Source of the DNA: Nitrospirales bacterium
GTDB lineage: Bacteria > Nitrospirota > Nitrospiria > Nitrospirales > UBA8639
NCBI GenBank assembly: GCA_963422365.1
Contig: OY729426.1
Location: forward strand, 64,001-128,000
DNA length: 64,000 bases
Direction of reading: 5' to 3'
Position numbers and translations under genes: made by a program. A model generated the notes under the pieces. The model was not told where the DNA came from and made no database searches. It saw nothing but the letters and a program-made list of their open reading frames with translations. Of the stretch, positions 11,408-21,497 are shown one piece after another (within the stretch, counting starts at the first letter, position 1; the number at the start of each line of letters is the position of its first letter).

Positions 11408-12307
11408 ATGTCCCCTCCTGCGAGTAGAGACCAGTCGACTCCGGCATCAATTCCCAATTTCTCGTTTACTCATTTGTTCTCGCTGATCAGGCTTTCGAAT
11501 CAAACAGGAACCCTCCTGCTCATGCTTCCGTCCTTATGGGCCTTGGTCTTGGCGTCAACGGGACAGCCCTCCGGTCTGCTGATTGTCATTTTCATCGTGG
11601 GATCATTCATCATGCGAAGTGCCGGTGTCATTATGAACGATCTGGCCGATCGTTCGTTTGACCGCCAAGTAACCCGCACCCAAACTCGTCCACTGGCCAA
11701 TGGATCCCTTCGCCCTTGGCATGCCGTCCTTTTACTCGGTGGGCTTCTTGTCGGAGCCGTGGGCCTTCTCGCCTTCCTCAATCCGCTGGCCATAGGGCTC
11801 AGCCCTATCGCATTAGGATTAGCCACGATCTACCCCTTCACAAAACGATTCTTTCGCGTCCCTCAACTATTTCTTGGTCTGGCATTTGGTTGGGGAGCCG
11901 TGATGGCCTGGGCCGCCGTTCGCAATCAACTCGATCCTGCGACGTGGCTGCTCTTTGCTGCCACGGTTTGCTGGGCCTTGGCTTACGATACCATTTATGC
12001 TCTTCAGGACCTTGAAGATGATCTTCGCATCGGGCTGAACTCATCAGCGATTTTCTGGGGCTCTCATATATGGATTACGGTGGGAACCATCGAGATGGGC
12101 TTGCTGGGTCTTTTAGCGACAGTGGGTTGGCTGGAGAATCTCAATGTGGCGTTTTATGGAGGACTCGCTGGGCTCGCAGGGTTCTTGAGCCAACAAGTCT
12201 GGCGTCTGCGAAGCGACGTCACCCCATCAGAGGCATTTGCCATGTTTAAACAACACGTCGGAGTCGGGCTTGTTATTTTGATCGGGATTTGGGTGGGAAC
12301 GCTCTAG
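11408..12307 (+). CDS. ubiA: 4-hydroxybenzoate polyprenyltransferase (UbiA family)
   Basis: MRSAGVIMNDLADRSFDRQVTRTQTRPLANG and YDTIYALQD..DD motifs. Confidence 0.9.
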   Translation: MSPPASRDQSTPASIPNFSFTHLFSLIRLSNQTGTLLLMLPSLWALVLASTGQPSGLLIVIFIVGSFIMRSAGVIMNDLADRSFDRQVTRTQTRPLANGSLRPWHAVLLLGGLLVGAVGLLAFLNPLAIGLSPIALGLATIYPFTKRFFRVPQLFLGLAFGWGAVMAWAAVRNQLDPATWLLFAATVCWALAYDTIYALQDLEDDLRIGLNSSAIFWGSHIWITVGTIEMGLLGLLATVGWLENLNVAFYGGLAGLAGFLSQQVWRLRSDVTPSEAFAMFKQHVGVGLVILIGIWVGTL

Positions 12308-12363
12308 GCAAGCGCTGAACACCATGTCTTCCCTCTAGGACCAAAAAAGACCGCTTACGTCTG

Positions 12364-13416
12364 TTATTCGGGTGGAGGGATTGGCTTGTCAGGTTTTGGT
12401 GCCCGCAAGGTATCAAGATACGCTGTCAGGGCTCTAGCATCATGATCATCAAGGCCTAGGTTCGGCATCCGCGTGTGTTTTTTCATGCCTTGCGGGTACC
12501 GAATCCAGCGATAGACCCATGCGTCATTGAGACGGAATCCAGCACGGTCTAAGGCCGGTCCGACCAAACCACCCACATCCCTGATACTGTGACACCCGTT
12601 ACAACCATATTTATCGAAATACAGGGTTTTACCCTCTTCTTGCAGAGTGACCCTTTCTTGCTCAGCCATGGTTAAGGTCGGGCGTGTAATTTGAGCCATT
12701 TTCGGACGTTTCGAGAAATTTTCCAAAGCGGTCTTGGCAACTTCAAAGCGTTCCGCCACTTTTTCATAGGCTTCTTCTTCGGGAAGCACGAGTTCCTCTT
12801 CTTCCTCTTCGTCATCCTCTAAATCGTCCTCTTCATCTTCCATATCCATGTCTTCATCATCTTCTTCGACAGCAGCTCTGGCAGCCTCTTCAGCTTCATG
12901 TTTCGCCAGCACTTCATCCATGACCTGTTTGGCTTGATCATGTTCTGTCTTCGCAGCTTGAAATTGTGACTCCAACGCAGCTTTCCGTCCCTCAACATCA
13001 AACGTTAACGACCCGCCATGAAGCGTTCTGACATATCCGACAACAGCCCAAAGTTCCTCTTCAGAAAGGGTATATTTAAAGGTTGGCATCGTTGACACGG
13101 CGAAGTAATTTTCATCATCAAGCACCTCTTGTAATGAGGTGTCTCTCATGTCGCGAGAGATCGTATCGAAAATTTCCTTGTCGGAAAAGGTTGACATCGC
13201 CGCAGATTCCGACAGATCGCGAGGACGAGGGTCCGGCATTCGTCCCCAATTAAAGCCTTCCTGCTGTCTTCCATTTTCTCCATGACAGTGCATGCAGTAA
13301 TGACGATAGAGCTTTCGACCTTTGGTCGTCCTTTCATCTTCAAACAAGGCACATCCACTTGTCACCACCACCATGGCGACGACAACAATGGCGACGCTGA
13401 TCAGGACCCGCTGCAT
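12364..13416 (-). CDS. Diheme cytochrome c lipoprotein with acidic coiled-coil linker
   Basis: Lipobox VTSGC; CMHCH and CNGCH; long D/E run between the heme domains. Confidence 0.85.
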   Translation of the reverse strand: MQRVLISVAIVVVAMVVVTSGCALFEDERTTKGRKLYRHYCMHCHGENGRQQEGFNWGRMPDPRPRDLSESAAMSTFSDKEIFDTISRDMRDTSLQEVLDDENYFAVSTMPTFKYTLSEEELWAVVGYVRTLHGGSLTFDVEGRKAALESQFQAAKTEHDQAKQVMDEVLAKHEAEEAARAAVEEDDEDMDMEDEEDDLEDDEEEEEELVLPEEEAYEKVAERFEVAKTALENFSKRPKMAQITRPTLTMAEQERVTLQEEGKTLYFDKYGCNGCHSIRDVGGLVGPALDRAGFRLNDAWVYRWIRYPQGMKKHTRMPNLGLDDHDARALTAYLDTLRAPKPDKPIPPPE

Positions 13417-13430
13417 GCCTTGTTCTCCCT

Positions 13431-14267
13431 TCATGCTTCGTTACCTCTCCGAATTTTTCTCACCAAGAAAAATTCAAACCCAGCGGCAAGCGCAATACCT
13501 AAGACGACATATCCATACATGGAATTGTCTGGTGGCGGCTCAGCCCGAAAATACCACCATGATGAAACCGCTTTCTGCGAACCTCTTTCTTTGACCGCGC
13601 CATCCACGACTTGCCCATCCCAAAATGCAAACGCCACATTTCTCCATTCACCGGGGGTGACTTGCACGTCATGTTCATCGCCCGTTTGTAATGGCCGCGA
13701 AAAAACGATGCGCCAAGCTCCTTCCTGCCAAACTCCTGTTGCCGAGACATTTTGACGCTCCTGGGCCCGAATCGTTTTGAACCCTTTTGCACTCAGATCA
13801 GTGGCTTTGCCATTTCCTTTTTTCCAGTACCAAATATTGACCGGTCCCCCTTCAACTTGAAGCATTTCTTGCCCATGAGCAAAGTGGGCCATTGTATCGC
13901 CAACCACAAACTCGATCGCGGCGGCATCGGCAGCATCTTCAGACGGATCGTCATATTCCAGCATGATGGCCATATCCTGTCCATTATGCATCCCGCGAAC
14001 CTTGACGGACTTCACCGTGACTTCCTGAATGCGATCTGGCCAATGGACCTGTGGAGACAATTTAAATTCTGCAGGCTGGATCATGTTCCACGCAGCGGCA
14101 TTCGGATCAGCAGCAGGAATCGATCCATCAGTCAAATGCAAACGAACGGCCACACTTCCGGCCTCACCTTCCAGAGGTGGTTCATTCGCGAAAACGCAGG
14201 AGACACTGAATCCTGTCACCATGAAGATGGTCACGAGCGCGACATTGAAGATCTTCTCACATCCCAT
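13431..14267 (-). CDS. Ethylbenzene dehydrogenase gamma-like heme b protein (alternative NxrC candidate) with C-terminal TM anchor
   Basis: Signal peptide; GGPVNIWYWK, GVW.EGAWRIVFSRPL, VAFAFWDG..ERGSQKAVSSW (EB_dh-like). Confidence 0.75.
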   Translation of the reverse strand: MGCEKIFNVALVTIFMVTGFSVSCVFANEPPLEGEAGSVAVRLHLTDGSIPAADPNAAAWNMIQPAEFKLSPQVHWPDRIQEVTVKSVKVRGMHNGQDMAIMLEYDDPSEDAADAAAIEFVVGDTMAHFAHGQEMLQVEGGPVNIWYWKKGNGKATDLSAKGFKTIRAQERQNVSATGVWQEGAWRIVFSRPLQTGDEHDVQVTPGEWRNVAFAFWDGQVVDGAVKERGSQKAVSSWWYFRAEPPPDNSMYGYVVLGIALAAGFEFFLVRKIRRGNEA

Positions 14268-14333
14268 TTTCCTGCTCCTTGGATTCTTGCCTTCGACAAG
14301 ATTCAGGACAACTCCCCCACTTGTTTCTGCTCC

Positions 14334-15059
14334 TTATTCTTCTTCTTCCCATGTCCGTGGAGACTGACCGGCGCCGTCATATTCACCCATGATAATTTTC
14401 CAAATCCACTCGTCTGGCAATTCCACTTCCCATCGCGGCATGGCTGATTTCCAGGGCATCGCTTCAACCGGAAGCCCAACGCCTCCTTTTTTGATTCGCC
14501 AGAAAAGATAGGCTTCTTGCAACTGGGCAATGGTTCCGGGATCGCTAAAATTCGCCGGAGGCGGATTAAAACCCACTGCCGCCGGACCTTTCCCGTCGAA
14601 ATTGGCTCCGTGACAAGGGGAACAAAACGCCGCATAAAGGCCTTTCCCCATCATAATATTTTCTTGTGTTTTCGGATAAGGATTGGCCAGCCCGACAAAC
14701 TCACCTGGAGGCGCAGGATGAATGGTTCGATTTTCTGCCGGCGGCAAATCACTTGGTGCGAGTCTCGTGTACGTTTGCCAACCCACTAATAAGGGGAACA
14801 ACACAAACACCAGAATACGTGCAGTCCTAGCAATGCCAGTCTGCTCCTTGCCAGTGAGAAACCTCCCAATGGGTCCCATGAATTCGTCAAGACTCCCCCC
14901 ACTCATGGTATAGAAAATCATCGAAGCCGCAACAGTGAGAGCCAAGTATAAGAAAATCAAACTTGCCGGGAGAGGTGCGGTGAATAACGGGAGTATGAAT
15001 TTGAGAAACACATACATTCCCGCTAACAAGATGACTGTTTTCGCAAGAGGGCCTTTCAT
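14334..15059 (-). CDS. Membrane-anchored monoheme cytochrome c
   Basis: Three N-terminal TM segments; CSPCH; SAMP distal Met. Confidence 0.85.
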   Translation of the reverse strand: MKGPLAKTVILLAGMYVFLKFILPLFTAPLPASLIFLYLALTVAASMIFYTMSGGSLDEFMGPIGRFLTGKEQTGIARTARILVFVLFPLLVGWQTYTRLAPSDLPPAENRTIHPAPPGEFVGLANPYPKTQENIMMGKGLYAAFCSPCHGANFDGKGPAAVGFNPPPANFSDPGTIAQLQEAYLFWRIKKGGVGLPVEAMPWKSAMPRWEVELPDEWIWKIIMGEYDGAGQSPRTWEEEE

Positions 15060-15074
15060 AGTTCACCCTTCTGG

Positions 15075-15683
15075 TTAGTGTGCTCCATGGGCTGTGCGTG
15101 AAGCGACCTTCACGCCACCTTCTTGACTGATATTGATCACGTCTTCGACTTTGATGCTAATGGGTTCCCCGCTCATTTTCTGGAGAAACGAAATCACCGA
15201 ATAAATTTCTTGTTGCGACAAGGCAATGGGGTTTTTATGGATATAGGGCATGCGGGCCGGATATTCCTTGGGCAGGCCTTCATGTCTGAAATCCAAATAA
15301 ATATAGGCTTGAGGCTCGGTGAGACTTTCATAGATAAACTCCGGAGCGAGTTTGGCCCCAATTCCTTTTAAATCCGGACACCTGGCTGATTCACTGGGAC
15401 CAATGGAGTGACACAAGGCACACTGACCTTTGCTGAAAAAAATCTTTTGACCAATCGAGGCTAAGTCATCAGGGGTTTTGACTTCGGCGATATCAAAGGT
15501 CTCAATCGCTGGAGGCAGAGAGGGCATCTGCGGCACACCCAACGCAATTAAGGTAAACGCCCCCAATACGATCGCTACGAAGCCTACCACTCTGAGGAAT
15601 TTCGCCTTGATAAAGAGCAGGATGCAGATTCCGAATCCTACGACAATGAGACCAATTAATTGGAGTAATGCAACTTGACTCAT
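15075..15683 (-). CDS. Membrane-anchored monoheme cytochrome c
   Basis: Two TM segments; CALCH; ARMP. Confidence 0.85.
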   Translation of the reverse strand: MSQVALLQLIGLIVVGFGICILLFIKAKFLRVVGFVAIVLGAFTLIALGVPQMPSLPPAIETFDIAEVKTPDDLASIGQKIFFSKGQCALCHSIGPSESARCPDLKGIGAKLAPEFIYESLTEPQAYIYLDFRHEGLPKEYPARMPYIHKNPIALSQQEIYSVISFLQKMSGEPISIKVEDVINISQEGGVKVASRTAHGAH

Positions 15684-15766
15684 GTGTCCTCGCTCCAGTT
15701 CGGTAATGCCAACATCACTAGTTTCTCAAGCAAGATATCCAATCCCGGCTATGCGTTCAGAGTCGG

Positions 15767-17626
15767 TCAGCCCTCTCGTAGGGCCCCTCCGGCCATAACC
15801 GGCGTCACACTTGCAGGGATCTTGGCCGGTTCTCCTTCGGGTTTCCCCTGACCAGAACCTTTTTGCCCCTTCTCCCCCATCGTGGCGACCCAAAAGATAA
15901 ATGCCACCAGCAAACAAAACACAAAGGTATTGAGGGACATAAACGCGGCTGCATATCCCAACGCAGGAGAAAACGCATAGTCCGAGGTATCCCTCATCAC
16001 GCCATAAATATGCCAATGAACCCGAGACGATGATCGGGCATAGCCCATCAATGACATGAGCAGAATCACCATGACCGCGTTGGACACCAAAGAATAGGCA
16101 GCCCTGATCGGCATTTGCCCCCAGATCATTTCAGTCGTGGTTTTAGCGCTTTTCATCAGCAGGGCCGTTAAAGGCGTGAAGGTCACCATAATAAACAAGA
16201 CGATCAACACCTGAGCAACGGAAAAATAATTAATTCGAATAATAGCCGGCACGAAATACCCCCAGACCCCAAGAATGATGACCGCTAAACCTGCAATCAC
16301 CAATAAGCCCCCCATCACCGCTTTGGCAATCTTTGCCCAAGTGGCTGTTTCTTGCTTTCCAGCCCGCCAATACATGACGAAACTCATAAAGGTGACCAGA
16401 ATCATAAGATTGGCTACCGTCATTTTTGCGGACATCACCCCGAACACCCCAAGCAAGGGATGATGGGTCCCGCCCATCTTTCTGGCCTCCTCAAGACTGG
16501 CCACAAGGGAGTGGGGGGTCATCCAGACCCCTAGACACACCATGAGCACAATCAGCATGGCAAGGATCGGTCGTCTGTAGTTTCGCTCAGAGCCCGGAAT
16601 CCTGTAGGTAATGCCCATCCAAAAATAGTAATTGGCTCCGAGGAACAGCACCCCAATGAGCATCGCCTGCAAGATAAAGAGCCAAGCCAAAAATCCTCCC
16701 ATTAAGGTAATACCCATTTGCTGGTTATATTGGTAGATCTCCCGCATGAGCCAATACCCGGCGAAGGGAAGGGGGAGCATACCGAACACGCCGATGAAGT
16801 TTCCGACATAGCCCATCCAATCATAATGTTCTCGTTCCTGTTGACTGGCTGCAAGGAGATATCGGATTCCGGCATAGGCGCCGCAAATAAACCCGCCCAA
16901 GACAACGTTGGCAATAAGTCGATGAATATTGACCGGCCACCACGTAGGATTCCACGTGGCCGCCCATGCTCGCTCGATCGCCGTTCCCTCTCCCACCACG
17001 ACAGGGCTGGCCTGGAACGTCGCCCAGGCATTGGGAACGACCATGATAAAAAGGGCAAAGACATTCAGCAGGAATCCCAAAAAAAGATGGAACGTTTTTT
17101 TGTTTCCTTGCATGGAATCCCATCCGTACCAATACAGGTACAGCGTGACGGTTTCCAACAGAAATAACAGGCTATAGAGAATGAAGGAAGGGAAAAAGAC
17201 ATCTGACAAATACGCCATGAGCTTCGGGTACAGCCCAATCAGAAGAAAGAGAAGGATCCCCCCAAACAGTGCCGTTGTGGCATACGCGGACGTCAACAGC
17301 TTGGTAAATTCTTTTGCCAGTTTATCGTATCGGGCTTCTTTGGTCTTCCATCCGACAATTTCGCAAACCCAGGCAAAGATCGGCACACCCAACACGAACC
17401 CTGCAAGGAGTAAATGCTGCTGGGCCACAACCCAGACAACATTTCGGCTTCCGAGTCCTGGAATGTCTCGATACTCTATCGACATGGCTTGTGTCGCCGC
17501 ATCTTGGGCCCAGACAAATGCAGGGAGGAGCACGAGTGCCCACAAGACACTCCATCCGGAGAGGGACGATGGTTTCACCGTTGGCACCCAGGACTTCAGA
17601 TTTTCTATTATGCCGTGGTTTTTCAT
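15767..17626 (-). CDS. Cytochrome bd-like oxidase subunit I (CydA-like), copy 1
   Basis: QQHLLLAGFVLG, YLYWYGWD, NIHRLIAN; many TM helices; extra His motifs TPHS, THHP, HWH; start 17626 follows a GAGGGG RBS. Confidence 0.85.
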   Translation of the reverse strand: MKNHGIIENLKSWVPTVKPSSLSGWSVLWALVLLPAFVWAQDAATQAMSIEYRDIPGLGSRNVVWVVAQQHLLLAGFVLGVPIFAWVCEIVGWKTKEARYDKLAKEFTKLLTSAYATTALFGGILLFLLIGLYPKLMAYLSDVFFPSFILYSLLFLLETVTLYLYWYGWDSMQGNKKTFHLFLGFLLNVFALFIMVVPNAWATFQASPVVVGEGTAIERAWAATWNPTWWPVNIHRLIANVVLGGFICGAYAGIRYLLAASQQEREHYDWMGYVGNFIGVFGMLPLPFAGYWLMREIYQYNQQMGITLMGGFLAWLFILQAMLIGVLFLGANYYFWMGITYRIPGSERNYRRPILAMLIVLMVCLGVWMTPHSLVASLEEARKMGGTHHPLLGVFGVMSAKMTVANLMILVTFMSFVMYWRAGKQETATWAKIAKAVMGGLLVIAGLAVIILGVWGYFVPAIIRINYFSVAQVLIVLFIMVTFTPLTALLMKSAKTTTEMIWGQMPIRAAYSLVSNAVMVILLMSLMGYARSSSRVHWHIYGVMRDTSDYAFSPALGYAAAFMSLNTFVFCLLVAFIFWVATMGEKGQKGSGQGKPEGEPAKIPASVTPVMAGGALREG

Positions 17627-17654
17627 GTGGGATCCCCTCATCGGTGTATGATCG

Positions 17655-18557
17655 TTAATGCTCATGTTCACCATGTTCATGGTCATGACCAGGGGAATCG
17701 GGGTTGCCTGACGCCGTCGACTCCTCTGGGGCGACTGCGTTCTTCTCCGCTGGCGTTTCCCCCACGGGGTTATCTTTTTCTAACTCTTGTAACGTGGCTT
17801 CAGCACGAGCCAAGGTTTGCTCGGCGCTTTGAATGACCTTTTTAGGAACGATCTTTTTTTCTACTTTTTTTACATGCACAAATTCGTATTCTTCATGAGG
17901 ATGAGGGGTACTCACGGGGAGCAATCCCCAAAACAACATAATCAGAACGACGCCGACTCCCGTAAAGGCTGTCAGCAAAAGTGGTTGATCTTGAGGAATC
18001 CGAAGAAGATCCCATTTCGACACGATATCCTGGAATGCCCCATCAACGGGGGTAGACGCACGAACAACGCGTTGAGTGAAGGCACCCAAACCAAACAACC
18101 AGCCATAAATGAAGAGGAGTAAGACGATGGTGGTCGGTATCCCCCACATCACTAATTCCAGACTAATTTTTTCCGCAATGGGAATCACCATGATATGTTC
18201 TTCAACAAAATGTAGCATGCCCTCGACTGCGGATTGGGCAAGAGATTGTACCCCGCTCATCATAAAAAACAACAGCGGAAGATAGACGACGGAAAAGACC
18301 GCCCACTGCCCCCACAAGCGAAGCCCTGCACCTTTGGGAGGGTCAACGCTCAGTCTTTCAAGAAAAACAGTTCGAGCACATAAGCCAAGCGCCCAAATGT
18401 CAATAGGAATGGAGAGCAGCAGCAACGCTTGAAGACCGGCACCTTCCCATGGATGGACACCAGCCGCTAACAGCAGAAAAAAAATGACCAACTTTAGAGG
18501 AAAGCCCGTCCAAAAGGTTGGCCAAAAAACCAAGAGACCGAGTTTTGCGTTTGACAT
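17655..18557 (-). CDS. Multi-TM hypothetical protein with His-rich C-terminus
   Basis: About 5 TM segments; TPHPHEEY; ends GHDHEHGEHEH; sits inside the operon. Confidence 0.75.
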   Translation of the reverse strand: MSNAKLGLLVFWPTFWTGFPLKLVIFFLLLAAGVHPWEGAGLQALLLLSIPIDIWALGLCARTVFLERLSVDPPKGAGLRLWGQWAVFSVVYLPLLFFMMSGVQSLAQSAVEGMLHFVEEHIMVIPIAEKISLELVMWGIPTTIVLLLFIYGWLFGLGAFTQRVVRASTPVDGAFQDIVSKWDLLRIPQDQPLLLTAFTGVGVVLIMLFWGLLPVSTPHPHEEYEFVHVKKVEKKIVPKKVIQSAEQTLARAEATLQELEKDNPVGETPAEKNAVAPEESTASGNPDSPGHDHEHGEHEH

Positions 18558-18563
18558 AATCGA

Positions 18564-19676
18564 TTAATCTAAAAATTCTCTATTAAGAATCGCAGAAATG
18601 GTGAAAATTAAAATCACCGACATAATGGCAATCCAGCCCATCAACGCAATCGGCCGCTTAAAAATATTCCGTTCCGGACTCTTATCAAGAAAAGGCAAGA
18701 CCGCCAAAAACGCCAGAAACGCTCCTGGAATCGCGACAGCTCCCAAAAACTGGCCAAATTCTCCGGCAAAGATTTTCAATCGCAACATCTGGAAGAGAAA
18801 CAGAAAATACCATTCAGGTTCCGGATGATAGTCCCCTGGATCCGGCGTCGCCTCTTCCAACAAGACCACCGGTTCAATGAACGCCAACGAACAAATAATA
18901 AGGAAGACCGTGGCCATGGCCACAATATCTTTCCAGACTTGTCTGGGAAAGAAATAATCCGTCTTTGCTTTGATTTGTTCGGGGGTGCCACGGAACGGAC
19001 CGGCAGGTCCGGCTTTGCGGAATAAGAAAATATGGAGACCGGCCAGACCCATTAACGCCGCCGGCAGAATCATGACGTGAATGACAAAGAACCGACTCAA
19101 GGTCATCTGACCAGGAGTGGGGCCCCCTTTCAAAAATCGACTCATGAAATCCCCGACGATCGGGGTTTTATCCATAATCTCGACGCCCACGACCGTGGCC
19201 CAATAAGCTCGTTGGTCCCACGGGAGCAAATAGCCCGTAAACCCAAAGGCCATGACCAGTCCGAAGAGGGCCAGCCCGACCAGCCAAATCAGTTCTCTAG
19301 GTTTTTTGTAGGCTCCCCATAAGAACACTTGAGACATATGGGCAAACACCATCACCACCATGGCTGAGGATCCCCAGAAATGGTAACTCAGCAGAAACCA
19401 TCCGTAATCCACTTCATGAATAATGTATTGCGTGCTCGCATATGCATGATCGGTGCTCGGAACATAGTAAAACATCAACAGAATCCCCGTCACCACCTGC
19501 ATGACAAAGATGAACAACAAACATGATCCGAACGCATACGCCCAACGAGACCCACCAGGAACAGGCTCATTCAACATTTTGGCCTGAATGGATTTCAGAC
19601 CGACTCGTTGATCGACGAAGTCGACAACTTTTTCAAACGCGTTGGGTTCGTTGGGGGTATCGGTTTGTCCGTTCAT
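18564..19676 (-). CDS. qcrB: Cytochrome b subunit of a Rieske/cytochrome b complex
   Basis: HFWGSS...AHM, GFTGYLLPWDQ, RFFVIHV...LH, PEWY. Confidence 0.93.
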   Translation of the reverse strand: MNGQTDTPNEPNAFEKVVDFVDQRVGLKSIQAKMLNEPVPGGSRWAYAFGSCLLFIFVMQVVTGILLMFYYVPSTDHAYASTQYIIHEVDYGWFLLSYHFWGSSAMVVMVFAHMSQVFLWGAYKKPRELIWLVGLALFGLVMAFGFTGYLLPWDQRAYWATVVGVEIMDKTPIVGDFMSRFLKGGPTPGQMTLSRFFVIHVMILPAALMGLAGLHIFLFRKAGPAGPFRGTPEQIKAKTDYFFPRQVWKDIVAMATVFLIICSLAFIEPVVLLEEATPDPGDYHPEPEWYFLFLFQMLRLKIFAGEFGQFLGAVAIPGAFLAFLAVLPFLDKSPERNIFKRPIALMGWIAIMSVILIFTISAILNREFLD

Positions 19677-19697
19677 AACGACTGTCTAGCCAAAACT

Positions 19698-20645
19698 CTA
19701 CAGAAGTCGGATTTGGCCTTTCACGCCAGCTTTGTATTCGACATCAATAATTTGCACTTCCCCTGCAGCATTGACTTGCATCGGCAGCACGTCAAGCGGC
19801 CGGGGCGCCGGGCCATCCAGCACCTTGCCTGCCTCATCATAGATACTTAAATGGCAGGGACACAAAAAGACCCCGTCGGGGAAATTCTTTGTTCTGCGCC
19901 ACTTGTAGCCGCATCCCAAATGTGGACATTTTCCGGAATAGCTAATGTAGGGCAACTTGGCTTTATTCACCCACACCAGATTGCCCTTATGGTCATAGAA
20001 CTTTTTATCTTTCCCGCCGTAGACGGTTTTTTGGACTTCAGGGGTCGCCTTCACCACCCAGATATTTTTTTCGATTTGCTGTTCGGGCATAAACGCTTCT
20101 TGAAAGCCCCTCGTAAACTTAAACTGGTATCCAATGTTTTCTTTTCTTATTTTGCGGACATTGCCAACGGAAAACCACGAATTATCAAATGGCTTATACA
20201 TGGGCTTCATGAGATATTTTAAAATGGGGAACACCAGAGGAAGTGCCATCAATGTTCCAATGGCATGAGTCATATTCGTAAAAAAGCTACGGCGGGGCAC
20301 CCCATGTTCGAGCCGAGGATAGGGAACGAGAATTTCGCCAGGCTCCACATGGAGACGATCTTCCAAGTGGGCAATTTCCACCTCATGATTCGTGACATAG
20401 GCCTCACGATCCAGCACGGGAAAGGTTCTGAATTCTTCTAGCGAACCCCGCAGAACAATTTCTTCTTCATTGAGGATTTCTTGAACCTGACCAATCGGAA
20501 CTTGTCGATCCACATCTTGCCCGGTGGACTCCCTGACCACCACATGACTGATTTCAAGGGATAACGGATCAACAATGACCTTGGAAATACTACCGACGTC
20601 CCCGTCAGCACACCGTGCTTTTGCTTTTATTTTCGGTTGCATCAA
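19698..20645 (-). CDS. qcrA: Rieske 2Fe-2S subunit with N-terminal PRC-barrel-like domain
   Basis: CPHLGC and CPCHLS, GPAPRPL; internal RRSFF plus TM after about 115 aa. Confidence 0.9.
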   Translation of the reverse strand: MMQPKIKAKARCADGDVGSISKVIVDPLSLEISHVVVRESTGQDVDRQVPIGQVQEILNEEEIVLRGSLEEFRTFPVLDREAYVTNHEVEIAHLEDRLHVEPGEILVPYPRLEHGVPRRSFFTNMTHAIGTLMALPLVFPILKYLMKPMYKPFDNSWFSVGNVRKIRKENIGYQFKFTRGFQEAFMPEQQIEKNIWVVKATPEVQKTVYGGKDKKFYDHKGNLVWVNKAKLPYISYSGKCPHLGCGYKWRRTKNFPDGVFLCPCHLSIYDEAGKVLDGPAPRPLDVLPMQVNAAGEVQIIDVEYKAGVKGQIRLL

Positions 20646-20669
20646 CCGACCAATAATCCTGAAATCAGG

Positions 20670-21479
20670 TTATTTCATGTTGATAGGGTTTGGTGTCTTG
20701 ACCGAGGGATCTTTCAACGACGACAAAAAGGCCACCAGCGCATCAATCTCTTCATCAAACATCAAGTCTTTATATTTGTCTGGCATTTTGCCTTTCTTGT
20801 ACTGCTTGTCAAACCCTTCAGCCTTCCAGCTTTTAGGGTCAAGAATTTTCTCCCGGAGGGCTTCAGGCGTCATGAGATTACCGATATTATCTAACTCCGG
20901 CCCCCGCTTCTTTCCGCCTTTCCCAAAGAGTTTGTGACAGTTGTAACATTCTTGCAGCTCCCACTGCTCCTTACCAAGGGCAATCAGATCACCTGCTGCA
21001 GCCGGTGCCGTGAAAGTGTCTGTAGCTTCCCCCACGACCTGAACCCCACCGCCAAGGGTTTTTAATTGTTGCTCAATCGAGACGGCTCGCGCATTCAAGG
21101 CTTTTGCTCGTGCGATCAATTCTTCGGCTTTCCCCTGTTGGGTTCTCGCTCGACGGGCTTTCAAGACCTTTTCGATTTTTCCTTTTTCAACTTCTGGATC
21201 ATATTGCGGAAGATTGCTTGCTCCACCGACATACACTCCCGAAAGAATCAGGTAAAACAACACCAGTCCGATGATTGCCTTTGCTCCCTCAAGACGGTTC
21301 AAGGAGGGCGCATCAAGCAGGATAAACACGCAGGCGCCAAGCATCGCATAAATAAAGAACATCACCTGGAATACGAGGGGAAAGTGCGTGGCTTTTGCGA
21401 CCCCCACTAGAATAATCCCGACGAGGATTCCTAGTACGCCTTTTTTTATAATGGTTCGTGTCAAACGTTGCTCAGCCAT
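20670..21479 (-). CDS. Membrane-anchored monoheme cytochrome c (possible bc complex cytochrome c subunit)
   Basis: Three TM segments, coiled coil, CYNCH, GKMP. Confidence 0.85.
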   Translation of the reverse strand: MAEQRLTRTIIKKGVLGILVGIILVGVAKATHFPLVFQVMFFIYAMLGACVFILLDAPSLNRLEGAKAIIGLVLFYLILSGVYVGGASNLPQYDPEVEKGKIEKVLKARRARTQQGKAEELIARAKALNARAVSIEQQLKTLGGGVQVVGEATDTFTAPAAAGDLIALGKEQWELQECYNCHKLFGKGGKKRGPELDNIGNLMTPEALREKILDPKSWKAEGFDKQYKKGKMPDKYKDLMFDEEIDALVAFLSSLKDPSVKTPNPINMK

Positions 21480-21497
21480 ACTCGCATCCAACCTCCG

